Shown here: in pieces, positions 1-14,830 of the stretch
Numbering within the stretch: position 1 is the stretch's first letter
How the letters are laid out: each line of letters starts with the position of its first letter
Assembly: GCF_006345805.1 (NCBI RefSeq)
Contig: NC_043012.1
Span: 45,322,001-45,386,000, forward strand
From: Octopus sinensis
Lineage: Eukaryota
DNA: 64,000 bases
Direction of reading: 5' to 3'
The notes under the pieces: generated by a model
What the model was told of the DNA's origin: nothing
Seen by the model: only the letters and a program-made list of their open reading frames with translations
Databases searched by the model: none
Program-made: the position numbers and the translations under genes

Positions 1-95
1 AGTCCCAGACCGGGCATTGTGAGTGTTTATTGAGCGAAAACACCTAAAAGCTCCACGAGGCTCCGGCAGGGGGTCGTGATCCCGGTTGTACTCTT
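1..95 (+). mobile_element. Partial tRNA-derived SINE-like repeat cut by the window edge
   Basis: Starts AGTCCCAGACCGGG (B-box-like end), followed by a body resembling a recalled cephalopod repeat. The head lies outside the window. Confidence 0.35.
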
Positions 96-293
96 ATACA
101 CATATATATGTGTGTAGGGTACCATTGGATTTCAAAAATCCGTCCATACTCTATCATCAGTCAACATAGTGTCTATGTTGACTTATGAAGATTTACAACA
201 TACTTTCTCAGTGAAACTCAATATACCAAATGTACATTTTCGGATTTTTCATAAGTTCATAATGTGATGTAATTCTTTGGTATAGCCATTGCA

Positions 294-387
294 TGCGGCT
301 GAAGAGAGCTTTAAACTATCTGTTATGTCGATTACACATTGATGTAAGAATAGGGTGTTTTATAAAGCTTGAAACACGTGTACCGCA
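294..387 (+). ncRNA. Type I hammerhead ribozyme, family A
   Basis: Stem I TGCGG(294-298)/CCGCA(383-387); core CTGAAGA(299-305); stem II GAGCTTTA/TAAAGCTT with an inner 10-bp helix TTATGTCGAT/ATTGATGTAA; GAAA(371-374); palindromic stem III ACACGTGT; cleavage triplet GTA, cut after 382. Confidence 0.8.
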
Positions 388-418
388 ACATCCTTCGTGT
401 TCTGTTTTTTATTTCATT

Positions 419-470
<52 letters not shown>

Positions 471-482
471 ATATATATATAA

Positions 483-720
483 CGGCGTACTTTGGTCTCT
501 TATATGTAAGTATACATTTTTCAAAATCTTGTACGACTCAATTTCAGTCGATCAGCCATTTCACGCTCATTCGTTCATTCCACTCTTCGTTCATTTATTC
601 TCCCTCTCTCACATTTCTTTGCCTTCTCTTCTCTCTTCTTGCTAACTTTCCCTCCACTTTTTACTGTACTGTGTCCCTGTCATTTTTTCTCTCCCTTCCT
701 TAATTCTTCTTCCCTCTGCC
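483..720. repeat. Diverged direct repeat, copy 1 (copy 2 at ~2231-2470); probable Penelope pseudo-LTR/flank sequence
   Basis: TTTGGTCTCTTATATGTAA..TATACATTTT..AAATCTTGTACGACTC..TTTCACGCTCATTC..TTCATTCCACTCTTCGTTC is shared with 2231-2470, roughly 80% identical by eye. Confidence 0.7.
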
Positions 721-896
721 ACTACCTGTCTCACTTCTCTTCCCACGTGACCGGCGTGGTCTTTCTTTCTTGGTCTGGCTGTTGTCCGTGCAACATCGAT
801 ATTCCTCGATTTAACTCATATATATATATATATATATATAATTCCTAATTAATCAATATAGGGTGGCAAAAAATTTCGTAGAATTTACCCTGTAAT

Positions 897-999
897 TTCT
901 TATACGATGCACCGTTTCATCTATTGTTTAATGGTAAACTAACCCGATTAAATTAAATCAAGCCAATCTTCCATAGGCCGATAGATTCGTCAGTAAGAA
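897..999 (-). ncRNA. Type I hammerhead ribozyme, family B, copy 1
   Basis: Minus strand reads TTCTTA-CTGACGA-ATCTAT[56 nt]ATAGAT-GAA-ACGG TGCA TCGT-A|TAAGAA. Perfect 6-bp stems I and II, 4-bp stem III, GTA triplet; cut between 903 and 902. Confidence 0.9.
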
Positions 1000-1380
1000 C
1001 AGCCAGATCGGAACAGATATTTTCACGAGGCACTTCTATCCCTGCCTCGGCAATATCTGACCTAAAATTTTCAAATCATCGCACTCGCGCCAAATTTATC
1101 GGCAGCAAATATAAGCCGCCGATTCCATTAGGGAATTAACCAGAAAATTCCTAATTAATCAATATAGGGTGGCAAAAAATTTCGTAGAATTTTTTTGCCA
1201 CCAGCGGCCTAGTGGGAAAAAATTAAATAGTCATAGACCATTTATAAGTTCAACATCACAATCAAGGAACGGCCATAATAGGCCATTCACCCACTGGAAA
1301 TAACAGCCAAAGCTTCAACCGCAAAAACAACATCAATTCCGCAAACCAGGAGAAAATTAAAAAAACATTTACCCTGTAAT

Positions 1381-1483
1381 TTCTTATACGATGCACCGTT
1401 TCATCTATTGTTTAATGGTAAACTAACCTGATTAAATTAAATCAAGCCAATCTTCCATAGGCCGATAGATTCGTCAGTAAGAA
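1381..1483 (-). ncRNA. Type I hammerhead ribozyme, family B, copy 2
   Basis: Same fold as 897-999, 484 bp downstream; one substitution inside the stem II insert. Confidence 0.9.
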
Positions 1484-1864
1484 CAGCCAGATCGGAACAG
1501 ATATTTTCACGAGGCACTTCTATCCCTGCCTCGGCAATATCTGACCTAAAATTTTCAAATCATCGCACTCGCGCCAAATTTATCGGCAGCAAATATAAGC
1601 CGCCGATTCCATTACGGAATTAACCAGAAAATTCCTAATTAATCAATATAGGGTGGCAAAAAATTTCGTAGAATTTTTTTGCCACCAGCGGCCTAGTGGG
1701 AAAAAATTAAATAGTCATAGACCATTTATAAGTTCAACATCACAATCAAAGAACGGCCATAATAGGCCATTCACCCACTAGAAATAACAGCCAAAGCTTC
1801 AACCGCAAAAACAACATCAATTCCGCAAACCAGGAGAAAATTAAAAAAACATTTACCCTGTAAT

Positions 1865-1938
1865 TTCTTATACGATGCACCGTTTCATCTATTGTTTAAT
1901 GGTAAACTAACCTGATTAAATTAAATCAAGCCAATCTT

Positions 1939-1942
<4 letters not shown>
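1865..1942 (-). ncRNA. Truncated family B hammerhead (lacks the CTGACGA half)
   Basis: Stem I 3' strand, stem III and GAAA are present. The array ends in (TA)n before the CTGACGA core. Confidence 0.75.
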
Positions 1943-1985
<43 letters not shown>

Positions 1986-2062
1986 AGTAAAGAGTAAACC
2001 GATTATATCCAAGGGATAAATTTATCGAGAGTGAAAATCAAAAACATTTACCAATAACGATA

Positions 2063-2146
2063 CATCCCGGACTGATATCAGTTTCTACCTCTTTCTAGCA
2101 AAACAGACAGAATATGTTTGCTAAGGCTGGTTTCATCAGCGAGACG
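2063..2146 (-). ncRNA. Type I hammerhead ribozyme, family C
   Basis: Minus strand reads CGTCTCG-CTGATGA-AACC..TTAGCAAA/TTTGCTAG..GGTA-GAA-ACTGATATCAGT-C|CGGGATG. 7-bp stem I (2 GU pairs), perfect 12-nt palindromic stem III, GTC triplet. A.A mismatch at the base of stem II. Confidence 0.75.
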
Positions 2147-2230
2147 CCTGAGTTAAATCGAGATGCACAGCGCGTTAGACCATGTGTTGATCTAAACGAC
2201 TTGCAGATCTTAACTTTTCAAATCTCATTG

Positions 2231-2470
2231 CGGCGTACGTACAGTTTGGTCTCTTATATGTAACTATACATTTTTCTAAATCTTGTACGACTCTATTTCT
2301 GTCTAACAACCTTTTCACGCTCATTCATTCATTCCACTCTTCGTTCTTTCGTTCCACCTCTCTCACATTTTTTTGCCTGCTATTCTTGCTCCCTTTTCAT
2401 TTCACTTTGTCCGTGTCATTTTTTTCTCGCCCCTCATTAATCCTTCTGTCCCTATGCCTCTATTCCTCTC
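2231..2470. repeat. Diverged direct repeat, copy 2 (of 483-720)
   Basis: See 483-720. Followed by a decayed HHR-like motif CAGATGA-AG..CT-GAAACGTC at ~2581-2610. Confidence 0.7.
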
Positions 2471-2650
2471 AGTTCTTCTGCTAGAGTATTTCGCTCCAGC
2501 TCCCAGTATATAGAAAAATAATTGACAACTAGTCACTGATCTTGCAACAAACAAATTAGCTAGTTAGAAAATATCTGTAACAGATGAAGGACGTAACCAT
2601 ACTGAAACGTCATGTTTATCGTCACATCAATATGGCTATTCCGTATATAA

Positions 2651-2687
<37 letters not shown>

Positions 2688-2869
2688 AGAGATAAGTTTA
2701 AAAAAAATCTATACGTGGTATAAATAGGGGAAATGTAAAAAGAAAACAGAAAATGCACATTGGATGTAAAAAATAAAGGCGTTTTAAAAGTAAAGATATA
2801 TACATACAGTTAGATTATTTGAGGTGGAAATATGAAGTATAAAAATCATTATTATGAATCATTATAGAG

Positions 2870-4400
2870 ATTCAAAGGGAAACCCACCGTTTGAGCAATT
2901 TCTTCGATATCTTACGCAAAACATTTTAAAATATGCGAAATACTTCACCAGGTATGATTTAGACATGTTTAAACCAGCTCTCGAAAACAATAAATGAAGA
3001 GACGCTGTTAGTATCATTCGATGTGGTGACTTTTTACACGAATATCCCACACGAATATGGTACAGAAGCAATCACCTCTGGCTAGAAAAATTCTCAAAAG
3101 AGATTACAGGATGCATCAACCACATCTTCATAATTGCAAATTTATCCTACTGAACAACTATTTCATGTTCGATAGAGTTTACTATCGACGATAATGTAGA
3201 ATTGCAATTGGAACTCGAACTGCACCAGTGATTGCGAACCTTGTAATGGGTTATCTAGAACATGAAATATACCAGTCATCACCACAAAAATATGGTACTC
3301 ATTTAATTGCTATTTAAGGGAGAACTGGAAGAGGTACTTAGATGATTGCTTTATACTTTGGAACGATAGCATGGACAAACTCCTCGATTTCAAAATAATG
3401 CTCAACAATATCACTAGCAACATACAATTCACCATGGAACACAACAATAAAGAACTTCCTTTCCTTGACATCCTAATTAAAATGGCCAATCACCACATCG
3501 AAAAGGGCATCTATAAATCCACAAATTCAAAACAATACATATTATTCAACTCATGCCACCCCAAACACATAAAAATTAATATACCTTATAATCTAGCGAA
3601 AAGAATCTGTACCATAGTTTCGAATACCAATACTCGTGAACGAAGACTCTTTGAACTTAAATCAACACTAATCAGGAGACATTACCCAACATCATTAATA
3701 AATGATGGGATTAAACGAGAGAACGAAATAGACATAAAAACTTTAAGGGAAGTTAACCGAAATACTACACCAGATCTAAAAATACTCCCATACATCTCCA
3801 CACACAACCCTAGAAACAATGAGGCCTTCAACTTCATCATCCAAAATCTATCCATTCTCACTGGAGATAAAGCAATGAACAAAATTTTAAGCTCACACAA
3901 AATTATCAAAAGCAAAATGCAACCCAAATCATTGAAAAAAATATTAATCAGCGCAAGACTACATCCATTAACAAGTGGAAAAATGCGGGCGGCCTAACTG
4001 TGACACATGCCCCCACCTCTTGGAGGGTAGAGAGTTTCACTTCAAACAAGGCGTAATATTTAAGATAAAATCAAATTTCCCCTGTGCCTCTGAAAATTTA
4101 ATCTATGCTATTACCTGCTTAGGGTGCAGAAATCAATATATAGGCCAAACAGGAATGTCACTCAGACGAAGAACAACTCTTCACAAAGAAGAAATACGCT
4201 ACCCACAATATAGAAATATACAGGTCAGCGAACTCATAGAAAGATGTGCTAGGAATCTTAAATCCAACTTAATTTTCCTTTTTTATCACTGTTCACAGAA
4301 CAACTCAGTACCGCAAAGATCGAATAAAGTGGCAACTTTCATTAATAAATATCATCCACAACTCAACATCAATTCACAACTTAATACAGGACACTACTAA
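2870..4400 (+). pseudogene. Penelope-like retroelement ORF relic (RT + GIY-YIG endonuclease), frameshifted and 5'-truncated
   Basis: Motifs across frames: LLVSFDVVTFYTNIP, IAIGTRTAPVIANLVMGYLE, WKRYLDDCFILW, FTMEHNNKELPFLDILI, QYILFNSCHPKH, CxxxxCDTC, NLIYAITCLGCRNQYIGQTGMSLRRR. Confidence 0.93.
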
Positions 4401-4719
4401 CCTTACCAATGCCATTAATTGCTACTAATCCCCATACATCCCATACACCATTCATATTTCAGTATCCACCTTAATTGCATCACTTCCAGAAATGCTTAGC
4501 TCCCTTGCATGTAATCTTTTCACTCAGGTACTATTCGACACAACACTGTTTGGAAATCGGTGTCCACTCAGAGTCAGTGATCAGCTCTAACGATACCTAT
4601 ATGACTCTGAATCTATATAATGATTCATAATGAAGATTTATATACTTCATAGATTCATCTGAAACAATCTAATTGTATGTATATATCTTTACTTTTCTTA
4701 AAAAAGCATTTATGCAAAC

Positions 4720-5164
4720 ATACATATATGTATGTGTATATACATGCATACATACATACATATATACATATATATATATGTATGTATATATGTATGTTCC
4801 TCATATTCCTATACCACACTCCACATACCACCCCTCTCCCTCTCATGCACGTACACACTCGCGCACACACATGCACGCACGCACTCACATGCACGCACGC
4901 ACATGCATGAACCATCCTCCACACAAATACATATGCACACAGGCACACACACACACCACACACACATACATCCACACACACACACACACCCACACACACA
5001 CATACCAACTATTCTTCACACTCTCTTGTCCCAGAAAGCACTTCTTTCTACATCTACTTCCGGTAATTTCAAGAATAACGATACGTGGACTGTTGGCAAT
5101 GTCCCCCCTCCTTCCTTTTCTTTTGGAATTTCCTATGTCCCCAAATACAAATACATTACGTACC

Positions 5165-5210
<46 letters not shown>

Positions 5211-5260
5211 ATATATTTGTACACACTCAAGCATATACTCACATACACACACACACATAT
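4720..5260. repeat. Compound microsatellites (TACA/CA/TA)
   Basis: Direct inspection. Confidence 0.9.
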
Positions 5261-6822
5261 GCGTGTGTGCGGTGGGTGGATGTGAGTATATATGTTCGTA
5301 AATGATGGCGTTGAGGTACCATCTTAAACTCCATTTTAAATTTCTAATATATTTTAGTTTGTTCACGACCTAAAACACACCTTATGACCATTTTTACTTT
5401 ACAAAAGGTGCGCTTTTGAAACTTATAAATTCAGATATACCAGCTATTTGTTATTTTCTTCATTTGAAGTTTCTAGATTTAGATTCATTTATTCCAACAT
5501 ACTTAACTATTTCTTCCAAAAGGCAATTTTAAAACGTCTACAATACTCCAACCATAAAGCTCTAGATTTTTGCCGGGACACTTTCATAACCGAAAACCCT
5601 GAACATAGTTATTCGCATGTTCAAAATTATTGCTTTCTTATCACGTTTTAGAAATTTTCTAATCACGCTTTAGAAATTTCAGACTGGCTTAATTTTTTGC
5701 CTTCACTTATCTCATGAATGTTACATCATGTTTTTGTAACATACATGTTGTCTCCTTTCTCGTTCATATGATATTAATCCATAGACGACGCAATGCAACC
5801 ATAATATATTACACGTGGTATCCGCAAAATACATTATTATGGTTTCGATTTGATGGATTTAAATTGTTTAACTGGTTGGTTATCCTTTAATATTTATGAA
5901 GGTAAATTAAACCAAATCGCATTTATTCAATATTCCTGTCATTCTTCTAGAGTATACGACAATCTTGAAATCCCATTTCTTAATTCGTTTTTACTTTCTC
6001 TATTCTTTCCTTTTGTGAAGCCAATTTCAACCTCCAGAAGTTCAATTTAATAACTCGGCACATCACTTAACGCCATATTAAAATAGACAACAACTGACAA
6101 ATTACCTGTGGGAAAGTAAATGAAAATTAGCTGAACTGAAAACACCTACTCACCCTCACTAAATTCCTCTCATCCCTACATGCAAAACAGATGTGGTGGG
6201 TGGGAGACAGACGTGTCTGATAATCGGTTTTCTACTGAGACTTTCCGTTCTAGGCAATAACTAATGTAATTTCGAGGTTCCTCTGTCTGCTGATGTGTAT
6301 CGCGTGTTGCTCAACGAACATATATTGGTTTTCCCAGTGGTATACCTGTCACTCTTATACTCCCTTGATAATCAGATAATTAAGTGGTCACCTGACACAA
6401 GATGCCGACAAACGCCAAAAGAGTGACGCAGAGATCGACTTGATGTCAAATTCCCAAGCGAAGTTTCCTTTTACACTAGTCTTTCCTTCGTTATTTGTAA
6501 TTTTTCATACTTTGCAAAACCTATCTCTCTCTCTTTCAGTTTTTTTTCTTTTTATCAATTTATACATTCGGTCTATCCTCCTATTTTCGTGAATTTCTCT
6601 CTTTTCTTCAGTTGCAACATATTTTCTTGATATTTTCATTTATACTAAAATTTGTAAATCCATATTGTTTTCTTACATTTCTTTTCCTTGTTTCCAATTC
6701 TTCCATTGCGTTTTTCCTTCGAAATACGTATTTCATTAATCATTTACTCTTTATTCTTGTCTTTTACCGTCACATTTTCTCATCTCACACATTCGCATAT
6801 AATCACCTACTCACTCACCCCC

Positions 6823-6878
<56 letters not shown>

Positions 6879-6925
6879 TATATATGTATGTATGTATATG
6901 TATATATGCACGTATATATTGTGGA

Positions 6926-6981
<56 letters not shown>

Positions 6982-7849
6982 GGATACACGCACACACGTA
7001 TATATAATTCGTTTGATTTATAAATTCCATCTACACTTTCTCATGTGTGTAATACATATTACATTCTTCTAGTTCCTGTACTTCTGTTCTAGCCTGCATC
7101 TAGCCCTATTCATATTTTCTATTTCTATTTTAAATATACAATTCCATGTATAACTAATCTCAGCGAATATCCCTTACGTCTTCCTTCATGATTTCCAAGG
7201 AGATGTGTTACAGCTTCCTTTTGTAATTTGTAGCCTGTTATATTTCGCGTGAAGCCTTATTTTAAATCAACTTTATCAATGTTGTGACCTCCACAAATTT
7301 TAATTTTGTTATTGCACTTACTGACTGCATTTTCTACTCTTCCGCGTTTTTAACAACCACTTTGTTATCATTTTCACCTCCCAGCATAATATAATTACTT
7401 GCACTTTCCTACGATAGAATAGCATACTCATTTCGAATTTCAAATTTCACCCTTTTAATTTTTGCCTATTGTCTGTCAATATATGCACAACACTGTACAC
7501 AACGCATATGCACTCACAGAGATGCATGAGTAACACAACAATCATATCTACACTTACATGTAACTTCTTTATATGAATGAAAATAGAGTACAGAATGCAT
7601 AAGTTGCGTGGGATATATTCATAAACCCAGACGTAGGTATATACGTATGGGCTTATAAATTGGTAAAACCATTTTATTACACATAGATTGTAACTCTGAG
7701 TTTGATGCTTTATTATTATTTCCTAATTCTTCTTGAAAGATATATTTTAATTTTCGAAATATGTCTGCCTACTCAGATTTTGCTAGCGGCTCTGCACAAC
7801 TCTGGTTTATGAATAGCCAATGGTGTAAACTCCGAATAGATTGTGAAAC

Positions 7850-10270
<2,421 letters not shown>

Positions 10271-10410
10271 ATCATAAATATATTTATCAATAATATACTC
10301 AATTTCAAAGAATTTTAACAATGTCATTCTTAATCTTTTAGTTATATTTCCCTTTTTTATTCGTTATGTTACCTAGTTTATTTCTGTTTATCACTTGTCT
10401 TCTCTCTAAT

Positions 10411-10449
<39 letters not shown>

Positions 10450-11579
10450 TTGTCTTGCTATCTATTTATCTGTTTCCCTATCTATCTATCTATTTCTTCA
10501 TTTTGTCCAACGCCATTTCATTATTTTCGTCACTTTCTCTCACAATTTACTCTCTCACTCAAGTCTATTCAATTCTTTGTTAACAACCCAATGAAACACG
10601 TGTATTATTTGATAGCCCTTTTTCAGTTTCTCTTATTGTAGGTTATTGTCTATCTTCCTTTGCTTCCTCATCAAATTATCATAAATCTATATAATATTTT
10701 TCGCTCTCTCATATATTGCTTTCTTTTCATATTTTCATCCAGCATATCTCCTTTGATGCTTTTAATTTGCTACGTCCTTCATACACGATCACTAACACAT
10801 ACATTGCACACATACAGAGCCAAATAATCTCTTTAACATTGCGGCATACAGACATAGCAACGCATTCATATGCATTTTGTTCCACCTCTCACCCTCATTT
10901 TTTATCATTCTACCTGTACGAGTATGTGCATATTCCTCTTCTTTTTCTCTCTATGCACCCTATCTTATTTATTCTTTCTCTCTTTTTTTTATTTCACCTG
11001 ATATCTCTCCATTCTATTCGAGACTCCTTTGATGTATTCATGTATATTTTCTTGTTTCATCGTGAACACATCGTCTTTACCACATTATTCGAAGATTCAT
11101 TCTCCACTATAGAATGTATTCGAATTTTTATTAAATGAAAATCATAAAAGAAAAAAAAAAACTTTTCAGAATGCTCAAAAAACATCTACAAAAAAAAACG
11201 GATTAATTTAGAAAAATACAAACCAAAAGAAAATATATTAAAAAATAGTATAATAATAACATAAAAAGGAATATGTGAAATAGAAGAATATTTAGAGCAA
11301 AACATCAAGAAACCAGAATATTCTTTGGCGAAATGGTTATGGACGGATAGTAAAGGAAAGATGCGAAGTGAAATACAAAAATATCTGTATGATCTAAAGC
11401 GAAACTGGATATACTAAATAGTTTTGAATTGTGTATTGTGGTAGCTATATTGGATAAAGTCACATAATCCTGTAATCTCACTAACATAAAATCTGGAAAT
11501 ACGCATGCGTTTATTTTCTTCCAAACAAGCAAAATATCTAATTGAAAAATCGATGAAAGAAAACAAATCTAAATAAATG

Positions 11580-11865
11580 CAAACACATGCACATACAAGA
11601 ACATAAGCCTATACACACATACATACATACATACATACATACATACATACGTACATACATACATACATACATACATACATACATACATACATACATACAT
11701 ACACACACATACATACATACGTACATACATACATACATACATACATACATTCATGCATACATACATACATACACACACATACATACATACGTACATACAT
11801 ACATACATACGTACATACATACATTCATACATACATACATACATACACACACATACATACATACG

Positions 11866-11898
<33 letters not shown>

Positions 11899-11990
11899 GC
11901 ACACACACATACATACATAAATACATACGTACATGCATACATATATGTACACATACATACATACATACATACATACACATATATGGTAAA
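11580..11990. repeat. (TACA)n tetranucleotide microsatellite
   Basis: Direct inspection. Confidence 0.95.
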
Positions 11991-12439
11991 TATGTCTTTG
12001 CGTGTGTGTATGTTCGTGTATGTATTTGTCTGTATGTATGTGTGTATGTGTGTATGTATGTATACCGATGTATGTAAAATAAAAAGATGGTTATTTTACA
12101 ATAGCATAAAGTGAAATAAGTTAAGAATTTATTAGCGCTAGACAGAGAGCAATAATATTATTTATTCCAACTTTTGTTTGTATGAACCGTTAATTTCAGC
12201 CACTGTTTTTGTCTTTAAGGCGACTAGGCTAAGGTTCTTGCAGCCTCCGATTGAACTCATCATCTTTATCTGCTTAGGTACCTCTGAAATCATCATGATG
12301 GGAATAAATTGTCATTCAAGTAGGATTAAACAGTGTTTAAGAAAAAGTCTAAAACAAAATATATCTGAAAATATCTAAAATTTCCTCATTGTCTTTTTCT
12401 TATAGAAACGGTCTTGATGAAGTCTATTGTGAGTCAATA

Positions 12440-13970
12440 TACGTATGTATGTCATTATTCAGCCGATTTCAATATTTCTTGGAAATAGAGAAAGAATCGG
12501 TTTCTAACCTAGATCCAAGGCTCCTTCATTGGAATATCAACATCAACAACAGGGTTTTTGTATGTATGTATGTTTTATATATGTATTCTCATGCATACAG
12601 TTGCATATCTAGACATGTTCATATATATGTTTAAATGATAAACTTATGGAAAGCTTTACAGATTTTTATAATTCTAATGATGGAGTGGATCTGTAGTCTT
12701 CGAATCAGCTTTCTCTTTTCTGGTTTTGAGAAGCCTAATTTCTCAAAATTGGTATTTAGGTAGTGTGTTACATATCCCTGAGCCCCAGTAATTACAGGTA
12801 TACATCTGAACTTGTAATATGGATAGAGTAACTGCAAATTTCTCAATAGTTCAGCGTAGGTGTTCTCTTTTTCACTGATCTTCAGCTTTATGTTAACATC
12901 CACTGGGTAGCTAATTTCCACAACTGTGCACAGTTTCTCTTCTCTATCCCAAATCAGGTCTGTTGTACTTACATTTTATTGAGGTCTTCACTGGTATTTC
13001 TTTACATTATGAGTAGTTATGGCTTCTACCATATTGTGGGTTCTTATTTCTTTGTCATCGGGATTATCCTTCCGATGGATTACAATATAGAGGGTCCTAG
13101 CTGCAACGTCATGTCTTATCGGTAGAAAATACCGTGGTGACATTTTCGGACAACTGCTTATGAAGTGGGCGATATCTTCAGTGTGAACTCTACAAAGTCT
13201 GCACCGGTTGTCACACTTTACGGCTTTACCTGCAACTGTATCCTTTTTGTGCATTAGGTACTTGGTTGGTATTTCCTCTTCCTGGATTGCAAACGCATAT
13301 CTCTCAAAGTGGAAGGTAGTAATCCGGCTACTGCTCCATGATAGACTGCTTCGACGATCGATGGTACTATCATCACAGAGCTTTCTACTAACATATCCAT
13401 GCCTAGTCTTCTGCTCATACAGGCTCATCCTTTCATCTGATGATACTTTGCGACTTCTTTGGGCTTGTATTTAAAGTTATCAGACAGTGTTGCTCAAGGA
13501 CCTGCCTTCCAAGTCTTATGATGCTATCAGCCTCATGTATGCAAACTTGGTCAAGGGATGCACTTCCACAGTTGGTGGTTACAAGATGCTAACGAAGGGA
13601 TATGATGCGACATTCAAAGGCATTTTGGATCAAGCCTCTGTCGCCTTGTTTACATTTTAGGTAGAGGCGGTCTACGTCACTGACTATGCGGAAATTGTGT
13701 GTGGTTGTTAGTATTTTTCCGGTTTTCGCATTAAAGGCTCGGTTCTAATCAAGCGTCCAATCAAGCGTCTCATCAAACGTACTGGCACTGCAAACACATT
13801 GTGGGCCACTGTTTTATTGAATGCAGAGAGTTCTGAGGTCCAAATTTTCTATATTCGACTGTAATATTCTTTAGCGAAACGTGTTTTGTTATAGGTGCCA
13901 CTGAAATATATATATTTCATCCACCCCTAGATACCTGTAACATATCTCATCAGATACAGGGGAACAGTTG
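12440..13970 (-). mobile_element. 5'-truncated R4/Dong-like non-LTR retrotransposon (RT C-terminus, CCHC knuckle, restriction-like endonuclease, 3' UTR)
   Basis: CDNRCRLCRVHTEDIAHFISSCPKM zinc knuckle, IRHDVAA, EISYPVDVNIKLKISEKENTYAELLRNLQ RLE motif, YLG near 13930; flanked by TATG repeats. Confidence 0.85.
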
Positions 13971-14369
13971 TATGTATGTATGTATGTATGTATGTATGTA
14001 TGTATGTATGTATGTATGTATGTATTATGTATTATGTACGTATGTATGCATGTATGTACGAATGTATGTATTTATGAATTTATGCACGCATATTTGCATG
14101 TACCTCTCCCCCCTCTCTCTCTAAAAATATATATTATGTAATGAATAAATAAATAAATATATGTATATAGATGAAATAAATATGTAAGAAAAATTTAGTT
14201 GTACTCTCCAAAGCTTTTTCTGATTCGAAGTTTGAATAGCATGCATTCCGTATTTTTTATGTTCTTGACGACAGTTAATGGGAAGAATATGGCATGAATT
14301 TCGTTGTAAAGATTGTACAGGGACAATTTAGGTGATTTAGATCTGAATATTAATTTAAGGCACTAAAAA

Positions 14370-14830
14370 CTACTTTAGAACTAAAATCTAATACACGTCA
14401 GACACTACAAAACAACCCATACTTTCCAAACAACCTTGAAGTAAAATACCATAATTCAACTCTGTGTATGATGAGCGGGGAAGCGTGGCAGGAGATGTTT
14501 GATATGATTGAAAAGTCACTCCCCAGTACGCAGGGATATTATAACATACTCAGCACAAATAATGGTTATCCACTTTCCTAAATTCACTATACAAGCATGC
14601 ACCATAAATTACCAAAATTTGATTCCTATATCACTAAACAACTGCTAAATTTTAACAGCATGAACCCCATAAAATCCCTATTCAAGGGTCTATCCAGAAA
14701 AAAGTCGAATTGTAGCGAAATATCATCATAAAACAACACAGTTCTCTTAAAACTAGTTCTAAAATGCCAACCAAACACGGGCTAAAATTTTAGTAAAAAA
14801 ATGCATAAGTAGCCACTCATTCCTTCCTAG
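14370..14830 (+). pseudogene. Highly decayed Penelope-like C-terminal relic
   Basis: ILSTNNGYPLS, DSYITKQL and CQPNTG occur at spacing compatible with PLE NGYP/LPY/GIY-YIG motifs; many stop codons. Confidence 0.3.

Larger units (their letters stand above)
841..1942 (-). mobile_element. Tandem array of 484-bp HHR-containing units (retrozyme-like) between (TA)n tracts
   Basis: Unit landmarks recur at 897/1381/1865 and 1147/1631 (period 484). Only about 4 substitutions between copies. The first unit has a 178-bp deletion at an ATTT microhomology. (TA)n flanks at 818-840 and 1941-1981. Confidence 0.85.

Noticed and set aside
120-165. Minus-strand CTGATGA...GAAA motif
   Set aside because: No stem I or stem II pairing.
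4590-4655. TGAATCTA/TAGATTCA stem followed by GAAAC at the PLE 3' end
   Set aside because: No recognisable CUGANGA, so too decayed to call a hammerhead.
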